A DNA stretch of 63,926 bases, the filler included, from Octopus bimaculoides (Eukaryota): assembly GCF_001194135.2 (NCBI RefSeq). It is 5 parts of 5 records of this genome, joined end to end, with 100 filler letters (N's around TTAATTAATTAA, not from the genome) between each part and the next. Parts side by side here need not be neighbours in the genome. Positions count along the whole stretch, not along the records: positions 28,153 to 45,841 come from NC_068998.1; positions 45,942 to 55,878 come from NC_068988.1; 3 more parts are not named here. One strand, written 5' to 3'. The notes under the pieces are model-generated. The model searched no databases. It was not told where the DNA came from and worked only from the letters and a program-made list of their open reading frames with translations. A program made the position numbers and the translations under genes. Below are positions 42,601-55,877 of the stretch, one piece after another (position 1 is the first letter of the stretch; each line of letters opens with the position of its first letter).

Positions 42601-43368
42601 ATGATTCACGTGCTTCTTGAGAAGAGGCTTTCTTAACAGTAACATTTCCCTTCCTCATCTCCCTGTGAGTTAGACGTAAACTTGTAATTTATACAAGATC
42701 GTTCAAAAATTCGTCTACTGTGCTGAAGATTTTCGCTCGGCGCATTGACTTCGTGTTTTATAGTAATTAACCTTTCCTCAAGAGCTTGTAGTATGTATGT
42801 ATGTATGTATGTATGTATGTATGTATGTATGCATGTATGCATGTATGTATGTATGTATGTATGTATGTATGTATGTGTGTATGTATGTAGATATGTTTGC
42901 ATGTATGCATGTACATACATACATACATGTACACATACATACATGTGCCTTGGATCTAGGTTAGAAATCGGTTCTTTCTCTGTTGGCAAGAAATCTTGAA
43001 ATACACTGAATAATGGCATATGTTCATAAGCGTATACATACATACATGTATGCATACATACATACATACATACATACATACATACATACATACATACATG
43101 TACTTTCATACATATGTATGTATGTCCGTACGTACGTATGTATAGCTTTGCATCTTTTGTGGTACAAAAATATAAAAGTCTAAAGTGTGGGCAGCGTTGT
43201 TCTTAACTATTTTTTTAACTCCCCTCTTTTCCATTATGATATCTCTATTACACCTTTTATAAACATACATATAAGGAAAAAGTTATTCTTGTGTCCAACA
43301 CAATTTATTATATAATATTATAGCTTTATATTAATTTACGGAGGAGGGGCTCTAAGCAGTGATAAGTG

Positions 43369-43824
43369 AAATTGCAGTGTTATTATCCGTCCGAACATGC
43401 TTGATGCACGTTTGAACTGGGGAACAAGCTACTCACTGCACTTTGCCACGGGGAATATATCTCACTTGTCGACAAATGGTGTGTATATACCTAGATCAAC
43501 TCGTAGCGCCATCTACCCAGACTGTGAGATGTTAACATTTCGGAGTAGTTATCTCCTCAACGGTCACAGACACTAGGCAGGCGACACTCTTAATTCAGCT
43601 CGTAGTGTCATCTGTCTAGTATCTGTGACCGATGAGGAGATAATTACTCCGAAATGCTAGCATCTCACAATCTGGGTAGATGGCGCTGCGAGCTGATTTA
43701 GATGTATACACACCATTTGTCAGACAAGTGAGATATATTCTTCGTGGCAAAACGCAGTGAGTAGCTTGTTTCCCAGTCCGAACGTGCATCAAACATATTC
43801 AAACTGATAATAACATTGCAATTT
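43369..43824. repeat. 456-bp palindrome (about 220-bp arms, 15-nt loop)
   Basis: Arms align at roughly 87% by hand; centre GACACT-cttaattcagctcgt-AGTGTC at 43583-43609. Confidence 0.92.
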
Positions 43825-44006
43825 ATATTGATTTAACTTTAACATCATAAAAAGCAACATGAAGGAAGATTAATCTAGCCAAAACAGTATGCTTTTTAAC
43901 TTAATAACAATTTCCGCACTGGAATCCTCAAGATTTCTCAGGAAACCGCAGCCTAGTTCAGTCACACCTTCAGTCGTGCTGTAATCTCTATAATAGCGTG
44001 CGGGAG

Positions 44007-44077
<71 letters not shown>

Positions 44078-46323
44078 GCACGCACGCACGCACGCACGCA
44101 CACTGATTTGTCGTGTGTATTTCACGTGTATCATTGACTTATGTATGCCACGTGCTCCTCTGCTAAATGAAATTATTACAGTCATTCTCTCATCTTGACT
44201 TCGTGATACACTGGAAATCAAACAAAAAATTATGATGCACTTCGCAAGAAAAGTTGAATATTACTGGCGGCGATCTTCGCATGGAAAAGATTGTTTAAAA
44301 TTAACAATTTCAGGAAGATTTTTTTTTTCCTTTAGATAACTACTGCTTGTTTTATTGATCATACTTGAGTGTAATAAAATTAGGAATACCACATTTTTCA
44401 AGACGCTCAAGCATTAATACAGATTTTGTAAGGCTTTAAAAGATATTTTAAAAAGGTTAGTGCTACCCCTTGTGACGCATATGGAGAGCAAGGCTGCGTC
44501 CTCACAAGTAATACTTCTTTGCTGTGGGTCAGCAAAGAACATCGAGAGGAATTACTCTGATTTGAAACTTCAATATATTACAGTAAATACTCAATGCCTA
44601 TAAAATGTTAAAGTTGAAATTTTTTTATTCCTATGTTGCTATATCAGGAAGTAACATGGAAGAAAAAACTATTCATGAACAATGATCAGATGCTTTCGTT
44701 TGAACGTCATTCTACTTTTTTCCATGTTAGCACTGTTGACATATACTTGTGATTTACAGTCTTTTAGACTTAGTCTATGACTTAGTGAGCAATCTTCCCC
44801 ACTCCATATTTATTGTTGTTAACTGCAAACTTGTATTTCATTGCTCTTGTCATTTAAATTAACATACTTCGACAGAAATATTGAAATATGTTCACCGTAG
44901 GAGGGATCTTTTTGCGTCCTATAATAGCTGCGAAATATTTTGAGCGCCTTTCTTGTAAGATACGTGGCTTCATAAAATTAGAGCATTCTGAGATAAACAC
45001 ATTCTGTGATGCGTAAGATAGCGAACTTGAAAGCGTTCATTCTTCTCTGTTAGTCTTCTAAACGTTACATATTCACTCGAAGAATAGTATTCCATTATGG
45101 CAGCAATTTATCAGATGTTGGAAATTTCTATTGTCTGAAGTCCTGATTTGATGTGATGATCCACTAGACACTAAAAACACTTTCCTTGTGAAAAGACATC
45201 AGTTATTGGCTTCAAAATTTTGCACCATTTCACTGCTTCAGTTCGGTATGTTGCTTCTAATGGCGTCAACTTTCCCAAATGAACGCGACTAACTCTCCAT
45301 TCATTTTCTGAAACTATGACATATCCTGGCTTTCCAACCTTCAAGTGATATTACAGACTTGGAAACTAAAGCACTGTCAAACAATATAGCGTTTTCTTCG
45401 CTCTTTTTTAACGTTTCCAAATAAACTAGTTTATCATGTGTACTTTTTAGTTAGAGTCATAAAATTTCAAGGTACTTATTGGGAAAGGTTAATTGTTTTT
45501 ATCGTTTGGGATATTGCCACTAACAACATGACAATGAAATTCTTTTGTAACACACATACAACGTCAAGGTCAACACTTGACATAACATTCTTACTTTCAG
45601 AATCAGAATGCAGCTTTAACTCAACGTTGCTGTTGCGCATTTCCTACATCTGTGTCCGGGTTTTATTTTCTACTTGCATATCCTAATCTAACATAATAAT
45701 AGGTTAGATTAGGTTCGAGTATTTATGAAAGTATACAAAATATTTACATCATATTCACATTCCTCTCTATTAATATAAAAGTTTATAAAAATAATGAAAT
45801 ACTTTCCTTGTGTTCAGTGAAATCTGAGCTTTGATCAGGTANNNNNNNNNNNNNNNNNNNNNNNNNNNNNNNNNNNNNNNNNNNNTTAATTAATTAANNN
45901 NNNNNNNNNNNNNNNNNNNNNNNNNNNNNNNNNNNNNNNNNACTGCCCACACGTGACCTATGACTACTTTTCTATCGTCTACCTTTTCGCCTAGCGCGCT
46001 GGTCAACTTTTTCTCCTCTCTTACTAATTCTGATTTTATATCCATTTGAGGATTTCTTCTAGGCGTTAACCTTCAGCCACATGTTTATTTGTCTTTGTTG
46101 TTTCAAATTACATTTGTTTACTTTCGTACGTCCCCCCTGTATTGTTTGGTGCTCGAGCCCTGATTTTGCACAAATCTTGCGGGTGCCGCCAATATACGAA
46201 GTTCCCAGTCTTAGAGTTGAAGGCAGAAAATGGATATTAGTATTTTTGGTCGATAACTGATGAACCATTAGGGTCCATGTGTCTGTCCTACATGTACGTT
46301 TTGTACTATTTAATGCATTTATT

Positions 46324-46357
<34 letters not shown>

Positions 46358-48274
46358 GCACACACACACACACACACATACACANNNNNNNNNNACACAC
46401 ACACACACACACACACACATATATGTATAATACACGATACTAAATGCACGAATGCAAGCATGCACACATATAAACATACACTTATGCACACATTACATAT
46501 ACACGCACTTATACATACATAAACGCACGCACACTTATACACATATCTATACGCACACATACATACACACACGCATACTTATACACACATGCTTATACAC
46601 ACATGCATATACGCACACATACTTACGCACGCATACATATACACACGCACACTATGCATGTATAAGCATGCGTGCGTATATGTATGTGTGTATAAGTGTG
46701 ATTGCGTATATCTATACGTGTATAGGTGTGCGTGACGCACGCATACTTATACACACATACATATACGCCCTCATACTTATACGCACAAACTATTTCTGTG
46801 CAAATGAAGACAGTTAATTGCTGTTTAATTGGGGTTTTTATTTCTTATTTTGTTTTCGACAAGAAACAACGAATATATCAAATAAAGTATATTTAAAACG
46901 CTAAACGAGGTTTTGTGTGAAAGATGTTGATTATATCAGGATGAACAAGAGAAAAAAAAAACATTCGAACAATACTAAAAACATTTACAAAAGAAGCATC
47001 ACCGCCGCCACGAACCCCAACAATAACAATAACAAGAATAATGTCGTTATTTTTTAAACATGTCCTCCCCCACGCTTTACCCTGAAAAAATAAGGGGGGA
47101 GGGGTAAAAATGGAGACATGAAAACAATGAAACTAGAAATAACTGTTTGTTTATCCATGCGGTTCGAAAAGAGGAAAAGGATTGTTTTCACATAGCTACG
47201 AATACAGCTTCGGCTTCCTTTGGTATTTGCTGCTGCTGCTGCTGTTGTTGTTGTTGTTGTTGTTTTCGATGTTGTTGTTTTCGTTGTTGTTGTTTGTCGC
47301 CTGGTGAATATATTTATGAATGTATGTATGTATGTGTGTATGTATGTATGCATGAATATTCTTTTATTATTTTATTTGTTTCAGTCATTTGACTGCGGGC
47401 CATCCCCAAATGGATATAAAATCAGAATTAGTAAGAGAGGAGAAAAAGTTGACCAGCGNNNNNNNNNNNNNNNNNNNNNNNNNNNNNNNNNNNNNNNNNN
47501 NNNNNNNNNNNNNNNNNNNNNNNNNNNNNNNNNNNNNNNNNNNNNNNNNNNNNNNNNNNNNNNNNNNNNNNNNNNNNNNNNNNNNNNNNNNNNNNNNNNN
47601 NNNNNNNNNNNNNNNNNNNNNNNNNNNNNNNNNNNNNNNNNNNNNNNNNNNNNNNNNNNNNNNNNNNNNNNNNNNNNNNNNNNNNNNNNNNNNNNNNNNN
47701 NNNNNNNNNNNNNNNNNNNNNNNNNNNNNNNNNNNNNNNNNNNNNNNNNNNNNNNNNNNNNGAATATTCTTTTATTATTTTATTTGTTTCAGTCATTTGA
47801 CTGCGGGCCATCCCCAAATGGATATAAAATCAGAATTAGTAAGAGAGGAGAAAAAGTTGACCAGCGCGCTAGGCGAAAAGGTAGACGATAGAAAATTAGT
47901 CATAGGTCACGTGTGGGCAGTAGATGGAAGGGAAGGAGGATTAGAGAGAGGGAGAGAGAGCGGCAGAGAAAGAGAGTGAGGGAGGAGGAGAGAGAGAAAA
48001 GAGAGGAAGAAAGGGAGAAATCTACAATTAAGCGTGAGAAGATGAGAGAGAGGGAGAGAAGAAGTAGGAATTCTAGAAAGGAATATTAGGGCGAAAGAAA
48101 AAAAGAAAGAAAGAAAGGAGGAAAGAAAGAAAGAAAGAAAGAAAGAAGATAGAGTCGGAAAATATATATACAAACTTACTGTTTACAAAAGTCAAGATGC
48201 GTGGCGTTCAGTTATTTCATATATGAAAAATGCATTAAATACTACAAAACGTGCACATAGGACAGACACAAAGA

Positions 48275-48612
48275 GCTATAGTCGAACAAATCGACCCCAG
48301 GACTTATTCTTTGGCGAGCCAAGTACTTATTCTATCGGTGTCTATTTTGCCGAACCGCTAAGTTACGGGGACGTGAACACACCAGCATCGGTTGTCAAGC
48401 GATGGTGGGGAAGGGACAAACACAGACACACAAACACACACACACACACGCACACACATACATATATACGACGAGATCCTTTCAGTTTCCCTCCACCAAA
48501 TCCACTCACGAGGCTCTGGTCGGCCCGTGGCTATAGTAGAAGACGTTTGCCGAAGGTGCCACGCAGTGGGACTGAACCCAGAAACATATGGTTTGTAAAC
48601 AAGCTACTTACC
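48275..48612 (-). mobile_element. SINE family A, split by an insertion; tail at 47770-47812
   Basis: Head and body match family A; tail displaced by about 460 bp. Confidence 0.75.
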
Positions 48613-50313
48613 ACACATGCATTTAGCGTGCAAGTATATGCATATACATATATACATATACATGTATGAATATATACATACATAGACACGCATACACATG
48701 CACACAGATAGATACATGCATACATACATTCATACATACACACATACACATGCACATTAGTTAATATATCTCCATGTAGTTACATTTTTCTATACATGTC
48801 TGCGTTATACATTTGTATGTTTATCTACACATACACAAACATATACTATTCTATACAATTCCGAATTTATATATCCTTATTACGGGAATACATACATACG
48901 CGTTCACACAGACATATGTATACGTATGCCTGTATGTATGTATGTTTGTATGTATGTGTGTGTGTGTGTGCTTGTGTATCCGTGTGTTTGAGTGTGTGTA
49001 TTTATAAACAGATCGAAAAACAGACAAATACGCAGACATGTTCACGTTTCGGCTCCATATAATTATACCTAATTAGCTATTTAAAGCTCCCGACATTAAA
49101 AATGTCAACACTAATTTTAACTACCTGAATAGACTGTTTGCTTTCATCATACAGGCGTCATTGCAATAAGGTATCACTCTTTTACTGAGCATTAATTTCG
49201 TTGGCTCTCGTCCTACTTAGAATTATGTTTGACCTTTGTTTGTTTTAGTGCTAGAGATCACTATTCTTTTTATTCTTTTATGCTGTAACGTAAAACAGAA
49301 CAAGAATCATAACAGGCGATAAAAATTTCAACTTGTAAAATATATGTGCTGTACAGTCATGGGGTTAAAACTGTCGCTCCAGTAAGAAGTGGTTTTGGTT
49401 TCGACTCGAACTCATTCTGAAGCACCTTGAGCAAGTATTTTCTTCTCGAATTGATCACATCTGGTCCTTGGGTACATTTTTGGCTGTATATTATGGCCAC
49501 GTGTTTTAAGTTGATGGCTTCAAAACCGAGATGTTGCGATTCGATTTCACTGCTTGCTTCAGCAGCTATTTTCTATCCGATTCTGCCACATCTAGACCCT
49601 AAAAACTGTTGATGCTCTCCACACTACTGTAAACATTGAGGACACCTGTGGGAACTGGTCGAATGGACGACTGCACCTGTACTTCAAAGGCTTAGCTTCG
49701 TTACACCTGAGGGTTACAGGGATACATCTCTGTGGATTTCTGTGAAATAATATGAGGTCTCCTTCGGTTCAGGTTCGCCACGCATCTGCACGTGTACACG
49801 CAGGCCTGGGCAAGATCTTTAAGTCTCTCCTGCAAAATTAAATAAGAAAATCGAGCCACATATATTCAGAGATTGCACAACTTGAGAGACATTATCTGCG
49901 TGTTTCGCCCCCTCTCATTTGACTTCTATCTCTGACACATCCCGCAAACCCGGTTTGGCCATATGGCTCGGTTCTCCATGTTGAATCAGACTGGAGTGGT
50001 ACTTCGTGTTGGGTGACCACTTTCCACAGAGTCACAACAAATGAGAAAAGTACTTTGCAGAGATGGGGCCTGACCGGTGAGTTGGCAAGGAGGACCCGAC
50101 CAAATACTGACAAATGGTGAGTACAACGACAAAGTGCAACTGCGCATGCCCCCATACTTGACCCTACCCACACATGCAGGAATTCCCTGTCTATGTCACT
50201 GATGTTAAACCAAAGGAGATTCTGCTGATTTGGGCCGATGCAGTTTTCAAGTAGAGTCCATTATTTACATTATTTACAGTTGACGGATATTTGTCCTCAT
50301 CTTGTTTGTTGTT

Positions 50314-50359
50314 AACACAATGTTTCGGCTGATATAACCTCCAGCCTTCATCAGGTGTC
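50314..50359 (-). ncRNA. Minimal type I hammerhead ribozyme motif (Penelope-type repeat)
   Basis: Minus strand: GACAC-CTGATGA-A-GGCTG(gaggttatat)CAGCC-GAAA-CATT-GTGTT; core, stem II and stem I are present. Confidence 0.65.
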
Positions 50360-50407
50360 TTGGGGAAATTTCGAACTTGGGTTCTCATTTCTAAGGTATT
50401 TTTCCAT

Positions 50408-50454
50408 GTTGTTGTTGTTGTTGTTGTTCTTCTTCTTCTTCTTCTTCTTCTTCT

Positions 50455-50501
<47 letters not shown>

Positions 50502-50532
50502 TTCTTCTTCTTCTTCTTCTTCTTCTTCTTCG
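50408..50532. repeat. (GTT)n(CTT)n microsatellite
   Basis: Direct reading. Confidence 0.95.
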
Positions 50533-51682
50533 CCATAGTAGAGTTGTCGCAGATGTGTTGCTGTCTTTTATTCTAAGAGCCGGAATAAATACCGGTGATG
50601 CATTTTATCCGCCATTCTAACAGTTCTACCAATCCACAGTCTTGGACCAGGATTTTCCATCAACCCAGAAAGGATAAAAGACAAAGTTGACTTTTGCAGG
50701 ATATGAACTTAGAGCGCAGAAAATTGGAACGAACTCGGAAAAGCATTGTCCAGTGTTTTAACAATTCTGAAAATTCACCACTAGTTGTTAGTGGAATTAG
50801 ATCGACAGAAACTGTAAGATGGGCAACTGCACCAGACATTTCAAGGGTCAGCTTTGTTAGACCTGGGGATTAGATTAAGAGGAAACATGTCTGTAGGTTT
50901 CTGTGGAATAAAACAGGGTATCGACATTCATCGCTCTCGATCACCTACAGAGCGAGTTGCTTCGGTTGGATTGAGGTATTCAGTATCTTTTAACACTCGG
51001 TATCTTAAAGCGACTTTCCCCCCGAACGCAATCACGCAGCTAATAAGTGCATAAGCAAAACACATCGGTGATGATCATATATATAGGGCCTCCGTCAGTT
51101 AAAGTTTATTACGGGTTTGTTTACCATATATTTTATACCTTTGATCACAGATAAGCCTCATCAGGAATAGACCTTTGTCTATAGAACAGCGCCATAACCA
51201 GTTACAACTATTACTACTACGACAACGTCGACAGCAGTGACAATAATAACAATAATAACAGCCGAACTCTGCATTAAAAGCTAAATAAACAGACGCAAGT
51301 TTTACAGTGAGTGGAATTATATGCTTACGAAATTCTGTGTAACCAAACCATTGCGTTTTATCGCTGTCTAGTAAGTTGACGCGGTTTTGTTACATAACTT
51401 CTGTGTGGTCGATCTAAGGACTGAACGTTTTTGGTAGCCGTGGGGTTTTAGGGTCTGCTAGAGATAGATGACAACCGTACCTCAAGTCAGACGTTATCAT
51501 CTTTAATAAAAGAAATAAAAATGGATTAGGCGTAGGAGTGGCTGTGTGGTAGGTAGCTTGCTTACCAAGCACGGGTTCAGTCCCACTGCGTGGCACCCTG
51601 GGCAAGTGTCTTCTACTATAGCCTCGGGCCGACCTTGTGAGTGGATTTAGTAGACGGAAACTGAAAGAAGCCCGTCGTATAT

Positions 51683-51762
<80 letters not shown>

Positions 51763-51990
51763 NNNNNNNNNNNNNNNNNNNNNNNNNNNNNNNNNNNNNN
51801 NNNNNNNNNNNNNNNNNNNNNNNNNNNNNNNNNNNNNNNNNNNNNNNNNNNNNNNNNNNNNNNNNNNNNNNNNNNNNNNNNNNNNNNNNNNNNNNNNNNN
51901 NNNNNNNNNNAAAGAGTACAAAAAAAAAAAGAATACGTTGATAATGTGGCCCAAGATAGAGAATGTCTGAATGAAACATGAAATGGACTC

Positions 51991-52450
51991 GGCTGGATGC
52001 ATTGATCATCTGTCTGCTCGATCAACTTTGACCTGGTGCTAAACAAAAACAACAACAGCAATAAAAACAACAACAACAGCAATAAAAACAACAACAACTT
52101 CGTCAACAGCAACAAAAACGATTTTTCTACGGCTAGATGCGATGATCATCTGTCTGCTCCATCATTTCAGGCCTGGTACTAAACAAAAACAACAACAACA
52201 ATAACAACAACAACAACAACAACAAAAGTAACAAGAAGGACAAAAACAGCCACAACAACAACATCAACAATAGCAATACCAGCAACAAAAATATCTTTTT
52301 CTACGGCTGGATGCAATGACGGATCTGTCTGCTCAATCAAGTCTGGCCTGGTGCTAAACAAAGCAGCGACAGTGAAAACATCAACAACAAGTGCAATAAT
52401 CACAAGAACATCAACTTCAACAACAACAACAACAGCACCAACAAAATCAA
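51991..52450 (+). repeat. Three tandem units of a conserved core of about 52 bp plus variable (CAA)-rich tails
   Basis: GGCTGGATGCA.TGA...TCTGTCTGCTC.ATCA.....CCTGGTGCTAAACAAA at 51991, 52131 and 52305. Confidence 0.85.
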
Positions 52451-53759
52451 CAGCAAAGTTCTCCTGGGTGGTTCCGCCGAGTATATAATAATAGTCTTAA
52501 AGAGAAAATCACGAAGCCTGTTATATACCTTAATTAGTCTATGACAGAGCTGTGTTCTATATTAATCGAGAACAATCATAACATTGACATAAATATTCTT
52601 TACAAATGTGTCGTTATTCCTTGCTAGTCAACAACGAAGATTTTGATAAATGTCTGTCATGCGAATAGGATATGCAACATTAAATATTCTTAAATGCAAC
52701 GGGATACGAATGCCAAATGTAAAAATCATTATTATTACACGGATCAGATTTTACTAATTCTCACTTAGTTTGAAGGGTTATGCTTAGTTGGTGTGATGTC
52801 TGATTTTGTATGATTCGCCAGGCACTTGGAAGGTGTCGTGTAGATATGTAGATATATGTATATGTATGTATATGCATGTATGTATATAAGTATGCGTCTA
52901 CGTATGTTCATACGTATGTTTGTACTACTTATGTATGTATGGATGTATGTATGTATGTATGAATGCATATATAAATGAGTATATGTGTATCTTTGTACGT
53001 TCGAATGTATGTGTATATGTATGGGCGTATTCACGTCAGAATGTATATATGTATATATGTGTGCATGTATGTATGTATGTGTATGTGTACATGTGTTTGG
53101 ATGTACGTTTGTATGTAGGTGCATGTATACATGTACACGTGTGTATGCATGTTAGTGTGAATGTATGCATGTGTGTGTATATGTGTACGTACATAAATGC
53201 GTATATATATATATATATATATAAGTGTATATAGGCATGTATTTATAGGTGTATATATATATGTATGAATATATGTGTACGTGCATATATGTATGCATGA
53301 AAATATGGAAGTAAAGACTTAAGTATACATACATACACATACACGTATATACGCCTATGTTTTTATATGTATGTATATGCGTATGTATATATATACATAT
53401 ATATATGCGTTTGTATGTATATGCGTATATATGCATATATGTGAGTAGGAATGTATGTATATTTGAGAGAAAAGATAGACAGGGTGGGACAAGATGGCGA
53501 CCTGTAGTTAGTTAAGTTGTCATATCCTGCTTTGATGCACCAACCATTTTCTTTCAAAGTCATGTCGTTTTATATTTTCATTTCCTTTTTTACATTAATA
53601 ACGACTTCTTATTAGACGAGGTGAGGAGGTGGCGGAAACGGGGAGGCGCCGGCCTTAAATGCTTTATAGTATTTAGTCTACGAAATATTGAAAAAAATCT
53701 CACATCGGAGTCGACTTCTCCTTTCATCTTTCCACATTACGATGGAAGTACAAATAAAC

Positions 53760-53793
<34 letters not shown>

Positions 53794-55089
53794 CGATTGA
53801 TGACAACGACGACGACGACGACGACGACGACGATGATGATGATGATGATAATAATAATAATAATAATAAATACCCTGATGCGGTACCAGGCAGTGGCTCT
53901 TTTGGCTTTTGATCTTAACAGATTGGAAGTGTTAACATGTACTTGTTATATCTTGGTATAAATGATAGGCTACAGCAAATATTCTGCTCAATACCACAGA
54001 TTTGCTCGTCACTTGCCTGAATTTAATCAGTTGAGCGTGTCTCTTAGTGGCTGACGATATGTGCATCTCTGATCACGAGCAGGAGTAGTGGAGGTTCAAC
54101 AGTAAACACCATGAAATACGAAAACAAATTAGTTAAATACGCAAACAACGAGAGAAAAAATGGACAACAAAACAAGTAATACAAAAAGTACAAAGAACGA
54201 CCCTTCATCAGTTGTCGGCTGTCTGTCTACTCCTCATTTCAAGCAATCAACGACAATATGAGTCTTTGAAGACAGTTGCTCCCATAAATACCAAAATAAA
54301 ATTCAGGATTTATGGAGGGTCAAAGTTGGGAACAAAAACAGAACAGTGGAGACATGCAAGGAAACCGAACGAAAACAAACAAGGAGGGTCGTTAGATCAG
54401 AACGAGGGGGAAATAGTGAACGCCGAGAGAAATATTTTCTTTGAAAAGAGAAAGATAGAAGAGAGAGATAGGAGACGTCCAGTCCTTAGAACGTCCGTGC
54501 AGGATAAGAAAGATGTTCACGTGAGGTAAAGAAAGATAGACGATGGTCACGTGTGAGCAACGAGAGAGAAAAAGAGAATGAGTAGGAGAAACAGATAGAA
54601 GATGGTGAGAAGGAGAAAAAAGGGAATTAGAGAAGGATAGGGAGAAAACAGTATAGAGTAGAGCCGCATCAAAAGGGTTAAGATAAACTTACTTGGAAAT
54701 GGATGCGTGAGAGATCCAATCCTCCTTTCGGTCGGGGAGGGGGGAATGATGGCCTGCTCGCCTAACCAGTGAGGTGGCGTCATTTGAAGGCTAAAACAAT
54801 GCAAAAGCGCATTGTGACCAGCGATGTGTAAGAACATCTGATAGCCTGGTCGGTTGCGTGATCACGTGACGTATGGAAAGACGATACTCCAGCATGACAT
54901 TCCGTTTTGGATGAAACCAGTAAAAGATAAAAGATACATAGATATCGGTATATGCGTAAAAGTACATATACATACATATATATGTATTTGTTTGTACGTA
55001 TGTATGTACGTTTGTATGTATGTATGTATGTATGTATGTATGTATGTATGTATGTATGTATGAAGCTGTGGAAAATGAGGGAGTGTTGC

Positions 55090-55445
55090 TTTTTATGTGT
55101 GTAGGATTTGTGGGAGGAAATGCTTGAGTCATGCAGGCCTGGTCAGCCACCAGAAAACTCACAGGAAGCAACTCCTTGTAAATTGTGATACGGCTATTGT
55201 TCTCAACAGAACATGTGCAACCTGCAGAAAGGTGTGCCTTTCATTTGGAGGATTGCAAAAGCATGTCAAAGGACTTCATACGGTGGCACCTGGTCCCTCT
55301 GCCAGCCAGCACAGCTGTGCATTATACAATAGAATCTTTGGCTGGGTTCAAGAGTCATACAAGGGACTCTCACTGCATTATCGATGACTCATTTCAATGA
55401 TCCATTTCTAGCAATGGCTCTGCTCGTATGCAAGAAAGCAGCCAC
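55090..55445 (+). mobile_element. RTE-like LINE 3' end with C2H2-like motifs
   Basis: CRICGRKCLSHAGLVSHQKTH and CATCRKVCLSFGGLQKHVKGLH; no splice context; flanked by microsatellites. Confidence 0.55.
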
Positions 55446-55451
55446 TATGTA

Positions 55452-55485
<34 letters not shown>

Positions 55486-55504
55486 TGTGTGTGTGTGTGT
55501 GTGT

Positions 55505-55877
55505 GAGGCACAATGGCCAAGTGGTTAGAGCAGCAGACTCGCAGTCATGGGATCGCGGTTTCGATTCCCAGACAGGGCGTTGTGTTTATTGAGTGAAAAC
55601 ACCTAAAGCTCCACAAGGCTCTGACAGTGGAGGGGCGAACCCTGCTCTACTCTTTTACAACAACTTTCTCCCACTCTTTGTTCCTGTTTCTGTTCTACCT
55701 GTATTTCAAAGGGTCAGCCTTGTCACAGTGTGTCACGCTGAATATCCCCGAGAACTACGTTAAGGGTACACGTGTCTGTGGAGTGCTCAGCCACTTGCAC
55801 GTTAATTTCACGAGCTGGCTGTTCCGTTGATCGGATCAAATGGAAACCGCGTCGTCGTAACCGGCGGATGCCACGAT
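55505..55877 (+). mobile_element. tRNA-headed SINE family C
   Basis: GAGGCACAATGGCCAAGTGGTTAGAGCAGCAGACTCGC...GGTTTCGATTCCC (A/B boxes); near-identical body at 62403-62702. Confidence 0.85.

Noticed and set aside
47355-47867. Direct repeat of about 105 bp on both sides of the 47459-47761 gap
   Set aside because: Identical sequence abutting both gap edges is typical of an unmerged contig overlap.
49690-49880. Candidate minus-strand exon ERLKDLAQACVYTCRC... after ttttgcag
   Set aside because: No recognisable homology or partner exons; could be LINE debris.
51991-52450. CRISPR-like repeat-spacer appearance
   Set aside because: Eukaryotic context, low-complexity spacers of unequal length, imperfect repeats and no cas genes.
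54200-54220. CTGATGAAGGG on the minus strand
   Set aside because: No stem II partner or GAAA follows.
55097-55387. Host C2H2 zinc-finger gene
   Set aside because: No TGEKP linkers or splice sites; the arrangement fits an RTE LINE C-terminus.
55505-55570. Possible tRNA genes at SINE heads (also 62403, 37683, 51530)
   Set aside because: A/B boxes are present but no closed acceptor stem is evident, and each continues into a shared SINE body.
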